A DNA stretch of 64,000 nt, taken from Haliotis cracherodii. Taxonomy: Eukaryota. Shown in pieces: positions 21,671 through 32,626 of the stretch. A program made the position numbers and the translations under genes. Within the stretch, counting starts at the first letter, position 1, and every line of letters begins with the position of its first letter. Location of the stretch: assembly GCF_022045235.1 (NCBI RefSeq), contig NW_027266286.1:12214001-12278000 (forward strand), read 5' to 3'. The notes under the pieces were generated by a model. The model did no database searches, was not told where the DNA came from, and saw only the letters and a program-made list of their open reading frames with translations.

Positions 21671-24600
21671 CTATAAGCTGTATCGTGATTTGCACCGTTT
21701 ATTCAGGAGATTTTGTATTTTGATCAAGAATATGTTCAATTGGCAGCAATCGGTATATATGGGGAGTAGATCCTTGTATGGTCCATGGGGACTACTGTCT
21801 AAAATACGGTAGTTAAAGGTGTTGATGTTTCCAAAGTCTTTATGTGGAAAAATAACCCTTTTGGATTTATAAATTGGTGCTTCCTCTGGATCATATGGAG
21901 GATTATCTTCTAGACGGGACCAATTACAGAGATCGTTCCAGCTATCATCAAGGTAGCGCTGTATGAGGTGGGGAGGAACATTTTCAAAATGGCATGTGTG
22001 GACAGTATCAGGATGTTCTTTATATGAGACCTTGACATAGCAGTCTCCTTGAATAATTTCAATGCCCAGAACTCTTTCTATTATATGTTCTACTCTTCGT
22101 AGGTGTTTGGGAAAAAACGGATGTGGTTTGACATCTAATTCTATGCATGGTTTGGTGTTGTCTTGCTTGACATTTCCTGACATTGTATTCCCTGACAGAA
22201 CATTGACTGATTTATTGTCTTGTGCTGATTCCTTTTGGTCGAAAAACTTATGATTCTTCAGTGGACGTTTTCGTCGTTTTCCTGACATACTTCTTTTGAG
22301 GTGAAATTCTCTCCGAATGGAGTCTGGAATGCTGCTGCCATACTCCCATGTGTTTCCTCTTTCTGGATCCTTCCATTTTACTCTGTAGTACATTTTGCCA
22401 TTTGCTCTCTTGGAGCTAACAATTGAGTGGATGTCCTCTGGATTGAAGACTTGAGGGATATCTTTGGTTTGATTACCTGATGTTGGACTTGGAGGTTGTA
22501 CCTGGCTGTCGTCGGGTTGTTTTCTGGATTTGGGCTGGTGATGCTTACTATTCACTCCTCTTTTCCCTTTGTTTACCTTTTCATTTACCTTGGTTGGAGC
22601 ACTAGGACCTGGTGTGGCATGATTTTCCTTCATTGTTGCCGTGGGACTGGTAGGTTTTTCTGTTGTACTTGAAGTTGAAGCAGGGTTTTTCTTCTTTGTT
22701 GGGGTCTTTTGCTTCGAACTCTTGTTGCTGGAAGTGCCTGCCTTTGTTTTGGAATTGACCTTCTTACCTTTCTGTTGTGGAGGTGACTGATCAGTAGCCT
22801 GGTAAGTTGAACTTGTTGATGGGGAATTGTTGCTGTCAGGCTGTGAATCACTGACTGGTTCCTCATTGTCATCCATGACTCCTGAATCTATGTTACTGGT
22901 GTCATTGAGGTATGGTTCTGGAGGATACTGTGGACGATCAGCAGGATCAAAATATGGCTTCAGACGGTTGGCATGGACCAGTGGTTTGTGTATTTTGTCG
23001 TCAGAACTTCGGCGTAGTTTGTAGGTATAATTTGGACCTGTATGGACGATATAATAGCTACCATACCACTTTTTGGTTAATTTGTTGGAAAGGCCTTTTT
23101 CAACTTTTTGACAGTAAAGCCAAACTCTTTGACCTGGGGCGAATTCTGGTTCTTTAGCCTTTCTATTATATTGTTCTGAATACACCTCCTTAGCCCGAGC
23201 AGTGTTTTCAGCTGCGATTGTTCTAGTGATTTCAAGCTCCTCAAGCAAATTGGAAAGATAACTTTTGTTATTGTGGCCTAAATTTTCTTTTGGAATTAAT
23301 GCTACATCTTGTGGAGCTCTCATTTCTCGGCCGAAAAGCATAACATATGGGGATTTTTGAGTTGATGAATTTGGAGCCATCCGATAGGCCATCATGATGC
23401 CAGGAATGAAACGGGGCCAATCATTTTGAGACTTGTTACAATAGGCTCTTAGTGACTGATTGATATAGGAATTGAGCCTTTCTACACAGCTGTTTGTTTG
23501 AGGATGGTATGGGCTGGTATGGGTAAATTTAATTGCCAAAAGTTCACAAATTGCTTTGATAAGTTTGGACATGAAGTTCTGACCTCTGTCTGAAATTAAG
23601 GTCCGTGGTGCGCCATACCGACAAAATATTTCTCTGACGAGAACATCTGCTACTTCTTTGGCTTCTTGGGTGCGAAGTGGAAAAGCTTCACACCATCTAG
23701 ATGATGCATCTGTGATGACCAAAATGTACTTGTACTTATCTGGTGTTGTTGGCAGGGGACCGAGAATGTCAACGTGCCATCGGGTGAAGACCTCTTCTAC
23801 AGGTAGTGGACGAAGTGGTGCCTTCTTGCCATGGTAGTGCCTCTTGGTCTGTTGACATACCTCACATGTCTGGACATAAGTAGCAATATCGCTGTACATT
23901 TTGGGCCAGTAGTACTTAGGTCTCATGGTGTTGTGCATCCTTTCTTTCCCATGGTGGCAACCGCCAAACTCTGAGTCATGATAGGATTGCAGGACTTGAT
24001 TTCTGAGGGTTCTTGGGACTGCCAGCTGTTTAATGAACTTGTCTGCATGGCCTTTCTGTCTTTGTGGAACGAATCTGTATAGGATGCCTTCATCAATTTC
24101 AAAAGTATTGGCTTCGATAAGAATCTTTTGACGATCCTTTTCATTTTGTGGAAGGACATCATCCTCTTTGTAGTCAAAGATTTGGATGAAATCTGGACAA
24201 ATCCTTTGTAGGTGACGTAAATTTGGATGTTCTTTTATACTTACTTCAACCAATGCGTCTTGGGTAACATCAGCATTTGTAGCATGTAATGCTGCGACAA
24301 CATTAACTGGTACTGACTGATAATCCTCTTCATATTCAAAGGTGACTGACCAATGTGTTGTCTGTGTGTCTGATTCTAAGTGATTGACAATAGGTGTGCA
24401 AATATCCTCAGTCTGAGTTGTCTGTGTGACTTGTGTGGATGAATGGGTGTTTGGCAAGATTGTGGTACTGCTAGTTGATTTGCTTTGCTGAGTTGAAGTT
24501 ACTGAGAAGACTGTTTTCTCAGCATCTTCTTCTGTCTGATCATTACAGTTAATATTTTCCTCATATTCCCTACGTGAGAGAGCATCGGCATTCCCATTGG

Positions 24601-26848
24601 CTTTGCCGCTGCGGTGAACAATGTAAAAAGTGTAGGTAGAAAGTTCCAAAGACCATCGCCCTAACCTACCTGTGGCATCCTTGATTGATTTCAGCCATTT
24701 CAATGCTATATGATCAGTGTAGACTGTGAATTTGGAATTTGCAAGGTATGGACGAAAGGATCTAATGGCTTCAACTAGAGCTAAGCCTTCCTTTTCTGTA
24801 ATGCTCCAGTTCTTTTCGCTGCCATGTAGAGCTCTACCACCAAAAGCTATTGGATGTTCATTATTTTTCTCGTCTTTTTGACTCAAAACAAAACCTATGC
24901 TCATATCGCTGGCATCAGTTGCGAGAAGAAATTCTTTGTCAAAATTTGGATAAGCCAGAACAGGTGTATTACTCATAGCATGTTTGAGGGTGTTGAATGC
25001 CTGATCACACTCAAGTGACCATTGGAACTTTGGTTTCTTTCCTACTTCTGACTCTGAATGCTTTTTTAGCAAGACATTCAGTGGAAGCGCTATGTGAGCG
25101 TAATTTTTCACATACTTCCTGTAGAAGTTCGTGAGACCTAAGAAGGAGCGGATCTGCTTTTGTGATTTGGGCACTGGAAAGGTTCTAATTGCTTCAATCT
25201 TTTTGTCATCAACTTGAACACCTCCACATGATAAAACATGACCCAGAAAAGAAACTTTGTCCGTTGCAAAATTGCATTTGGATGGCTTTAGTGTCAATTT
25301 TGCCTGTTTCAGATAGTAAAATACTTGCTCCAGATGTTGGAGATGCTCTTCAAAATTTTTGCTGTAAATTATCAAATCATCAATGTAGATCAGCGCAACC
25401 TTAAAAAGCAATTTTCTTAGCACTTTGCTCATGAGCTGTTGAAAACAAAGTGGAGAATTTGTCAAACCTTGGGGCAAACGTTTGAATTGATAAAGGCCTT
25501 GATGGGTGACGAAAGCAGTTTTATGCTTTGAATCTTCATGGAATGGCACTTGGAAGAAGCCATTAGCAAGGTCTAAAGTTGAGAAGATCTTAGCTTGTGC
25601 ATTGGCTATGTTATCAACAACATCATCAAAAACTGGAATAGGCCATGACATTGGTAAAGTGACAGAATTCAACTTTCTGTAGTCACAAACAAATCTAAAT
25701 GAGCTATCACGTTTCTTGACTAGGATAATGGGAGCTGAATACATAGAAGTAGACTCCTCGATCAAATCATACTTCAGGAAATCATCTATAAGCTCTTCAG
25801 TGACTTTTTGGAGATGAGGGGATTGGCGATATGGTCTACACTTAACGGGTGGGTGGTCGCCAGTGTCAATGATATGCTGGTGCATGTCAGTCTTTCCTAA
25901 ATCTGCAAGACTCGTTGAAAACATGTCTCTATTTTGTCCCAAGAATCTAAGTAGTCTGTGTCGTTGGTCTGGAGTCAGTTGTGTATTGGTCAAATCAAAT
26001 CCTAATTCTTGTGCAATTTTAACATAATCCCTGGTGTCATTGTCTCTCTTCTCATTGTCAGTGTTAATGGTACTGATGAATGGTTGGTCAGAGTCGATTG
26101 CATAAACAGAGTCTTGGTCAATGTAACTAAATTTGCCTACAACTGTACCCTTGTCAAGAACTTTTTCTTCTTGGGAGGGATTCATAAGCCTAAATGTAGC
26201 AGTTTTGCATTTCACTTTGGAAAGAGTTCTACCACCTGCTACTTCAGAATGAGCAGTGAGGGAAGCAATGGGTTCAATGAGGATGAGGGAATCCTCTTTG
26301 GTCTCTGACAGTCTGACCTTGAAATGAATTTCACTCTGAGGGGGGATGTAAATCTGATCTATTGTTTTTGCTAATCCACTAATCTCTTGCATTGAATTGG
26401 CTATGAAATTGATATATTGCCTATCTGAGGTGCTGTTGTTAAGTATCAAGGAATGACAGCTATAATCTAATACTGCATCATTGTCATCAAGGAAGTTCTC
26501 GCCTAGTATCACTGCTTCTGGTAGTGTAGGCAGAACATAGAATCTTTGAGAAAATTCCTGATCCTCAATGACAAAATCTAACACAACTGAACCTAACACT
26601 TTATGCAATTCGCCGCCAACACCTTTAACCTGTGGAAAGGGTGAGTTTCCAAGAGTAAGGTTTTCAAAAGCTGTGCTCAGAAAAGCAGACGAAATACAAG
26701 AAATGGATGCCCCTGTATCTACTAAACAATTTGTTGTTTTTGTGCCAAATTTTGCCTGAATTACACTTTTGGCAAGGGGCGTAACTAAAGACACTGTTGG
26801 AATTTCACTTTCGAAGTTACTTTCCATACCAGACTCCATATTTGCCAT
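21671..26848 (-). CDS. pol: Gypsy Pol polyprotein (protease, RT, RNase H, integrase, C-terminal chromodomain-like region)
   Basis: Uninterrupted ORF; first ATG at 26848, open back to 26890. Motifs LVDTGAS, YIDD, TDAS/TDH/DALSR, HH..CxxC, HVDILG/SDRG/VER, WYGSY and YYRVKWK...TWE. Confidence 0.95.
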   Translation of the reverse strand: MANMESGMESNFESEIPTVSLVTPLAKSVIQAKFGTKTTNCLVDTGASISCISSAFLSTAFENLTLGNSPFPQVKGVGGELHKVLGSVVLDFVIEDQEFSQRFYVLPTLPEAVILGENFLDDNDAVLDYSCHSLILNNSTSDRQYINFIANSMQEISGLAKTIDQIYIPPQSEIHFKVRLSETKEDSLILIEPIASLTAHSEVAGGRTLSKVKCKTATFRLMNPSQEEKVLDKGTVVGKFSYIDQDSVYAIDSDQPFISTINTDNEKRDNDTRDYVKIAQELGFDLTNTQLTPDQRHRLLRFLGQNRDMFSTSLADLGKTDMHQHIIDTGDHPPVKCRPYRQSPHLQKVTEELIDDFLKYDLIEESTSMYSAPIILVKKRDSSFRFVCDYRKLNSVTLPMSWPIPVFDDVVDNIANAQAKIFSTLDLANGFFQVPFHEDSKHKTAFVTHQGLYQFKRLPQGLTNSPLCFQQLMSKVLRKLLFKVALIYIDDLIIYSKNFEEHLQHLEQVFYYLKQAKLTLKPSKCNFATDKVSFLGHVLSCGGVQVDDKKIEAIRTFPVPKSQKQIRSFLGLTNFYRKYVKNYAHIALPLNVLLKKHSESEVGKKPKFQWSLECDQAFNTLKHAMSNTPVLAYPNFDKEFLLATDASDMSIGFVLSQKDEKNNEHPIAFGGRALHGSEKNWSITEKEGLALVEAIRSFRPYLANSKFTVYTDHIALKWLKSIKDATGRLGRWSLELSTYTFYIVHRSGKANGNADALSRREYEENINCNDQTEEDAEKTVFSVTSTQQSKSTSSTTILPNTHSSTQVTQTTQTEDICTPIVNHLESDTQTTHWSVTFEYEEDYQSVPVNVVAALHATNADVTQDALVEVSIKEHPNLRHLQRICPDFIQIFDYKEDDVLPQNEKDRQKILIEANTFEIDEGILYRFVPQRQKGHADKFIKQLAVPRTLRNQVLQSYHDSEFGGCHHGKERMHNTMRPKYYWPKMYSDIATYVQTCEVCQQTKRHYHGKKAPLRPLPVEEVFTRWHVDILGPLPTTPDKYKYILVITDASSRWCEAFPLRTQEAKEVADVLVREIFCRYGAPRTLISDRGQNFMSKLIKAICELLAIKFTHTSPYHPQTNSCVERLNSYINQSLRAYCNKSQNDWPRFIPGIMMAYRMAPNSSTQKSPYVMLFGREMRAPQDVALIPKENLGHNNKSYLSNLLEELEITRTIAAENTARAKEVYSEQYNRKAKEPEFAPGQRVWLYCQKVEKGLSNKLTKKWYGSYYIVHTGPNYTYKLRRSSDDKIHKPLVHANRLKPYFDPADRPQYPPEPYLNDTSNIDSGVMDDNEEPVSDSQPDSNNSPSTSSTYQATDQSPPQQKGKKVNSKTKAGTSSNKSSKQKTPTKKKNPASTSSTTEKPTSPTATMKENHATPGPSAPTKVNEKVNKGKRGVNSKHHQPKSRKQPDDSQVQPPSPTSGNQTKDIPQVFNPEDIHSIVSSKRANGKMYYRVKWKDPERGNTWEYGSSIPDSIRREFHLKRSMSGKRRKRPLKNHKFFDQKESAQDNKSVNVLSGNTMSGNVKQDNTKPCIELDVKPHPFFPKHLRRVEHIIERVLGIEIIQGDCYVKVSYKEHPDTVHTCHFENVPPHLIQRYLDDSWNDLCNWSRLEDNPPYDPEEAPIYKSKRVIFPHKDFGNINTFNYRILDSSPHGPYKDLLPIYTDCCQLNIFLIKIQNLLNKRCKSRYSL

Positions 26849-27100
26849 GACACCTATTAGTATGTACCGTACTAAATTAAAGGAAGACAAGTAATCAACA
26901 ATGTAGTGCTTACAATATTTGAAGACTTTTTCTTCCTTTGTTGGTGTCTTTGGAGGAGTTGGTTGTCTTTAATCCAGTGTTGAGGTCAGAGGTAGATGCA
27001 GCTTGCTTGTTATTCCATCAGATGATCACGGTTGGACATGTCCTCCAATGGGTTCTTGTAGTTGGTTGTAGTTAGTTCCTGGACTCCGTGGTTCCGAAAA

Positions 27101-27116
27101 CGATGATTCTCCGCCA
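27101..27116 (-). other. Putative primer-binding site
   Basis: TGGCGGAGAATC begins 3 nt after the 5' LTR; TGG is complementary to the tRNA CCA end. Cognate tRNA not assigned. Confidence 0.7.
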
Positions 27117-27119
27117 AAT

Positions 27120-27965
27120 TATCATGGAACTGTTCTGGGTGAACAATACCTTCCAAATGACGTGCTGGTTTTCTTGGGGAATTAGTCAGCAAAGAGCCAG
27201 AGTCACAGGAGACTAATCACAATTTTATTTACAAGAACAATTAACAATTTACAATTTATGCTTAGATAATAACTGAGGGTGCCACAGAGAGTCGGTACAC
27301 ACTCTGGGCTGTGGGAGAGAGGTCTGCTTGGTAAGAGAGTCAAACCCCTTCTCTGCTAGAACTTGGCTACAGTATGTATTTAATGAAAGTTTGAACAATA
27401 GAAAGGAATGTGATTGGTTGATACACGATTGGTTGTGTCCTAAGCTAAATGGATGGCTAGACAGAGGGGAATACTAAATCCTGTTTATCCTGTTGGACTG
27501 GCACTAATCTTGTTGACATATTTACTGGATGCTTTGAAAGAGATTAGGGTGTCACTGTAGATGAGCTTGTGTGGGAGCTAATCCTTAATGCCCTATAGAC
27601 GAGCTTGTATGGGGGCTAATCCTTAATGCACTATAGACGAGCTTGTATGGGGGCTAATCCTTAATGAGTCTTAATTGAAGTAATGTTATTCTAATATACC
27701 CCGGTAGGTGATGACAGATATACTTAAATAAATATCCTTTGTCTGGGAGATGGGATCTTGATACCTTAGGCTAGCAACCATCTAAAAAGCTATAACTGAC
27801 ACTACTGATATTTTATATATGCATTTTACCTGATGATAATTATTACTTGCTAAACTATAATTATATGAAATGGTGTATAAATATTACACCATGATAACTC
27901 ATAAAAGCACTTGATGTAGATCTAATTATTATAAGATAACTTAGTATAAATGTTGTACCATGATA
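27120..27965 (-). repeat. Gypsy 5' LTR (846 bp)
   Basis: Direct repeat of 19349-20191. On the sense strand: three 38-bp repeats, two CCAAT boxes and AATAAA. Confidence 0.95.
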
Positions 27966-28628
27966 CAGGTTTCATCATTCAGAATGCAGAAGGCTTCAAA
28001 TCCTGGACTATTAGCTGTAATATCATTAAAATTAGCTCTTAGTCCACTGAATAATGTTCTTGGAATAAACTGCCTTGTCTGGGGATTTATTGGGGATCGA
28101 TCCCACACTTTCTTTGAGGGCGATAAGCTGTGTGCCCTAGGATTGATGTTTTCAGCCGCCACATCCTTGTCTTCAAGTGATCCAAATTTATTAAATAGTT
28201 TCATTGGATTTTCTGACCACTTTGATAGGTTTCTGGCATTGGTTTCAGTTTGCCTTTAACAATTTGTTGGACATTTGTTTCAGAGTGAGTGAGTGAGGTT
28301 TTACGCCGCTTTTAGCATTATTCCAGCAATATCACGGCGGGGGCCACCTCATATGGTCTTCACACATTGTACCCATGTCGGGAATCGAATCTGGGTTTTC
28401 GGCGTGAAGAGCGGACGCTTTAACCACTAGACTGCCCGACCACCCCCATTTGTTTCAGATACATGTTGTGGAACTGACTATGATGGCTTTTGTGCCTGTG
28501 CTGAATCCTCATCGCAAGATGACTCTGATTGAATTTGGGATGTGTTTGGAAGTGCTTCTGTAGTTTGTGTGGACTGAGCAAACCCCGAGGAGAATCCGTT
28601 TTCACCAATGTCCAATTTGTTTGACAGG
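27966..28628 (-). pseudogene. LINE ORF1 C-terminus and start of ORF2 endonuclease (split by a SINE)
   Basis: CQTNWTLVKTDSP ... KLFNKFGSLEDKDV...RAHSLSPSKK..RSPINP, then IQW/GLRANFND/LQLIVQDLKPSAF/ET (APE N-terminal motifs). Confidence 0.75.
28285..28446 (-). mobile_element. tRNA-SINE family A, full-length, with 13-bp TSD
   Basis: tRNA-like head (CTAGTGGTTAAAGCG...GATTCGATTCCC) and (CACT)n tail. TSD CATTTGTTTCAGA at 28272-28284 and 28447-28459. Confidence 0.9.
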
Positions 28629-29290
28629 TTTTTATCCCCCGCCACGAAGTGGAAGGTGAATATAGGAATGGGTCACATTTCGTTGCCGAAGCAGAACACA
28701 AAAAAACATGAGAGATATCTTAACCAAACGTGGCACATAGATAGGTCTAGCTGTGAACTGGTGCCTTCTGATAGTTTATGATTTTAATTATTTTATTTTT
28801 TTTCGAGTTTCCAACGACTTTGACTTAGACTGAAAATGGCAGTAGTCCCTGTTTCCTGAGCAGATCTTGAAAACAGTACAATATTTCTTCAAACTTGGCA
28901 CATAGATAGGTCTAGTGAAAAACTGGTGCCTTTTGATACTTTGGTATTTTTAAAAAAAGTTTTTCATGGCAACTATACAGTATACTTTGACTTTGAAAAT
29001 CACCCAACTTGGCACAAATCGTGACAACCGTACAATATTTCTTCCAAACTTGGCATATGAGTAGGTCTTGGGGTAAACTTGTTCCTTTTTAATAGTTTTT
29101 AGATTTTACGAATGTTTCCTTAGCAAGAGCTCGAGCATAACTCGGAAACCGTTCACATTTCTTCAAACACATCTACTCAGGGTTGTCTGAGAACCGTTAC
29201 CATAATTACCTTATTGAGATGGATACCACTTGACAAAGGAACTTGGTCAAGATATATGTTGATTTATTGTGAAAACAAAATTTACAAGTG

Positions 29291-29980
29291 GCACCCGAAC
29301 CAGCCTACTTCATTGCAGTGCATGGTGGTAACATGAACATAGCAATCGAACCAGCCTACTTCCTCACAGTGGGGCCAGTAACATGAACAGGGACACCCGA
29401 ACCAGCCTACATCCTCGCAGTGGGTAGTTGTAACATGAACAGGGACACCCTGAACCAGGGTACCAGTTACATTAATCGTGATGCCCGAACCAGCCTACTT
29501 CCTCGCAGTGTATGCCAGTAACATGAACAGGGACACCCGAACCAGCCTACTTCCTCGCAGCGTATGCCGGTAACATGAACAGGCACACCCGAACCAGACT
29601 GCTTCCTCGCAGTGTATGCCAGTAACATGAACAGGGACACCCGAACCAGCCTACTTCCTCGCAGTGTATGCCAGTAACATGAACAGGGACACCCGAACCA
29701 GCCTACTTCCTCGCAGCGTATGCCGGTAACATGAACAGGCACACCCGAACCAGCCTACTTCCTCGCAGTGTATGCTGGTAACAGGAACAGGGACACCCGA
29801 ACCAGCCTACTTCCTCGCAGTGTATGCCGGTAACATGAACAGGGACACCCGAACCAGCCTACTTCCTCGCAGTGTATGCCGGTAACATGAACAGGGACAC
29901 CCGAACCAGCCTACTTCCTCGCAGTGTATGCCGGTAACATGAACAGGGGCACCCGAACCAGACTGCTTCCTCGCAGTGTA
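29291..29980. repeat. 52-bp tandem repeat (~13 copies)
   Basis: Unit ACCCGAACCAGCCTACTTCCTCGCAGTGTATGCCAGTAACATGAACAGGGAC; period 52 (e.g. 29535, 29587). Confidence 0.95.
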
Positions 29981-29991
29981 AGTTTGTTGGT

Positions 29992-30510
29992 GTGCTTGAT
30001 GTTTTGTGTCTCACAGAAATACACATGAATGATTACAGTGAAAGAGACCTGCCAGAATATCAAGTCTATCTACTAGACACTACACATGGTATTGCAGAGT
30101 ATGTTTCAACAAATTTCAAGAACAGTGTCCAGCTATGTGATGTAATATCAACTCGCAGTATTGAACACATTTCCTTTCGTGTTGGCAAGTTCTGCATTGC
30201 TTGTGTGTATGTTCCTCCAAAAGTGTCATGGACACGGTTGTCACATTCACTTGCTCATTTATGCAGAAACTCCAGGATCTCTCCAAGCAGCATGAATGTG
30301 AGCATGTCCTAGTTACTAGGGATTTCAACTGTGATCTGAGTGAAAAGCTGTAACTTGAAGATTTCTTTAATGTGCGGTAAATGACTCATTCACTCTCGAA
30401 CTCACTGTCTTGGAGCTACACTGGACGTGTTGTTTACTGATCATGCCAGTGCTGTAGCATTGCAGACTCCAGTCTACTGCCCAGATCATCAGATGATTGG
30501 TGCTGTACTT
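29992..30510 (+). pseudogene. APE-type endonuclease remnant (Helentron C-terminal EN)
   Basis: DVLCLTE, HGIA.YV and CVYVPP, then after frameshifts RDFNCDL, TLDVLFT and VYCPDH. Confidence 0.65.
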
Positions 30511-30794
30511 CTCAGTACACCTCATGGTGACCCCTGCTCTCATTAATCTCTAAGAAAAGTAAGAACTTCCTTACTTCTCTGATTATTGTTCAAGTAATAA
30601 CGCAACTCATTCCTTAAACAGTTACATATTCTACCATAAACTGTAGATGGCAAAACAACACCAGTAATAACTTTTTAGTGCTGCAATTACGCCATTTACA
30701 AAAAGGTCCAGTGAACATAGTTCACAGGAGCTAATGCATTGCACACAACCGGACTTGTAATATTGGCGGGGCATATGAGTATTTCATGCTTGTT

Positions 30795-31530
30795 GAACAT
30801 GTGGTTACTGGCGAATTGGTTACTTTAGTGTGTGTTTCAGAAGGTGTTCTGGTGATAAAAGCATCAGTTTCTTTGGGTTTTTTGGGGTTTAGACAAGTTA
30901 TTTTGCATCAGCAAAACTAATATTGCTTGTGAATTTTATATAGTTTAATTCCATTTACTCTTTCCACAGTCTTTGACACTATTTTGAGAAAGACCAGTGA
31001 CTTCCTGAACAGTTTGTGCATTCTTTAAAACCATTATCACAATCTTGTCATCTGTGTTTTATCGCAACAGGCAAATCGAAATGTGTTCCATGGCCGTACT
31101 TTTTCGCATTTGACGCATCTGAGAGGATAGGGAATGTAGATTTCAACATTGTGGTTAGTGGAACCTACCCTTGGGAATTTGGGAGAACTAGGAGATGAAA
31201 ACGAAAAGGGGTAATCTTAAATTTCAGAGACAATAGATATTTCGGTCATGTCAGCAAACAACCGATCGTAGTCTCTCACGATTCCTTTGGTGTAAAGGGT
31301 GATGTGTGGAGAGACAACATTCGGGACCCTGACAAGCAAATTGTTGGGCAACAGATTGGTCGATTACATTCTATAAGTAAGAGAACCAGAACACAGTCGT
31401 CACCTTCTGTGCCATTTATACTTTTTGATACAGCAAATGGGGATACGTGGTATTCGATTGATTTGGACGGTCGTTTGTCATCATTATTGTCAAGAAGACA
31501 TTTAGGTTTCTTTGAAGGGGTTTCGTCACA
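30795..31530 (-). pseudogene. LINE ORF1 (gag-like, CCHC zinc knuckles), N-terminal part; 5' end of the interrupted LINE
   Basis: ETPSKKPK ... PFAVSKSING ... SGSLLIEC ... KGIVRD ... YIPYPLRCVKC(E)KYGHG ... CTNCSGSH ... NISFADAK. Confidence 0.8.
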
Positions 31531-32626
31531 TTCAACTCAAAATGACAAATGAAACAACTTTCGCCAATGCATTTAAATGAAGGCAATGTATTATTGATGT
31601 TAAAATAGCAATGTTTGATTTGCGTACGTCTGCTAACATCACGACACGGGAATGTTACATTCGTATATCGTAAATATTCAACCATAACACTTGAATTTAG
31701 GATTGGTGAAAATTAGGTTTCTATTCTCATTTACTTTTGAATAATTCATTTACTGAAATGGTTTATAACTTACCATTTCGCTGTTATTTACCAATAGAGA
31801 AAATCGAATTTTTACTCCGTTACAACTAAGATATCGGGGATATAATTATTGAAATCAATTTGCACAAACGTAACGATTTAAAACGGTTATTAACATGTAA
31901 CGCATACCACTACAATAACGTTATTCAGGTGAGTTCAAGAAAATGTACAAATGTTATATTCGCTTTGGCTTTCACCTTGGTATGAATGAAAACATCAGAA
32001 TATTTTTCTATAGCAATGTATAGTTTTCTATCAGGCATAAATGTGCAAAATATTTCTTCAATTGTCCCTTGTTTAAAGAAGCACCGGCTGTTTGCGATCA
32101 CATAGCCAACAGTAAGAACAATGTTGGGCCGAAATTATATTTCTTGTACAGTATACCCGCTGTTAACGACCAGAATGTGTGATTGATACCCACAATACAG
32201 ATACAATCTGTAAATACTTTAGAGCTGACAGCTTCCTTTGTCAAAGATATGCAAAAAAACAATGCCGCCGAAAGAACAATGTTGTCCCATACAACATGAA
32301 GCATACATCATGTAAATGGACGTATTACATATCAATAATCAATTCGGGCTAGGATGCTTTTATTCGATATCACAATTAATATCGGTGTGTACATGTTGCC
32401 TTTTATTCAATTGTGCGTGGATAATGAAGTTCCATTGGCGCAGGAGTAAGTCAACATGGCTGGCTGTGTGACAAATAAAAGTCAATACCCTTTGAATCGA
32501 TGACTTTCCTTGTTATCTATGGACAAATTCACCAAGACTACACATAAACAACTAGTCAATTGGTCTCTCTGTAGAAATATGTGTACATGTGGACCTTATT
32601 TTGTACAAAGCTGGTGACCAAGGAAG

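Larger units (their letters stand above)
19349..27965 (-). mobile_element. Ty3/Gypsy LTR retrotransposon, young, intact pol, no gag ORF
   Basis: Two near-identical LTRs. 4-bp TSD CAGG at 19345-19348 and 27966-27969. PBS and PPT present. Domain order PR-RT-RH-IN. Confidence 0.95.
28629..30794 (+). mobile_element. Helentron deletion derivative
   Basis: 5' TTTTTATCCCCCGCCA subterminal repeat. 3' TGGCGGGGCATA (inverted counterpart), then a short hairpin and GTT. Inserted at TT, and its removal restores the LINE ORF1 frame. Carries an APE-like endonuclease remnant. Confidence 0.65.

Noticed and set aside
29291-29980. 52-bp and 44-bp arrays as CRISPR-like arrays
   Set aside because: Head-to-tail units with no unique spacers, no cas genes, and a eukaryotic context.
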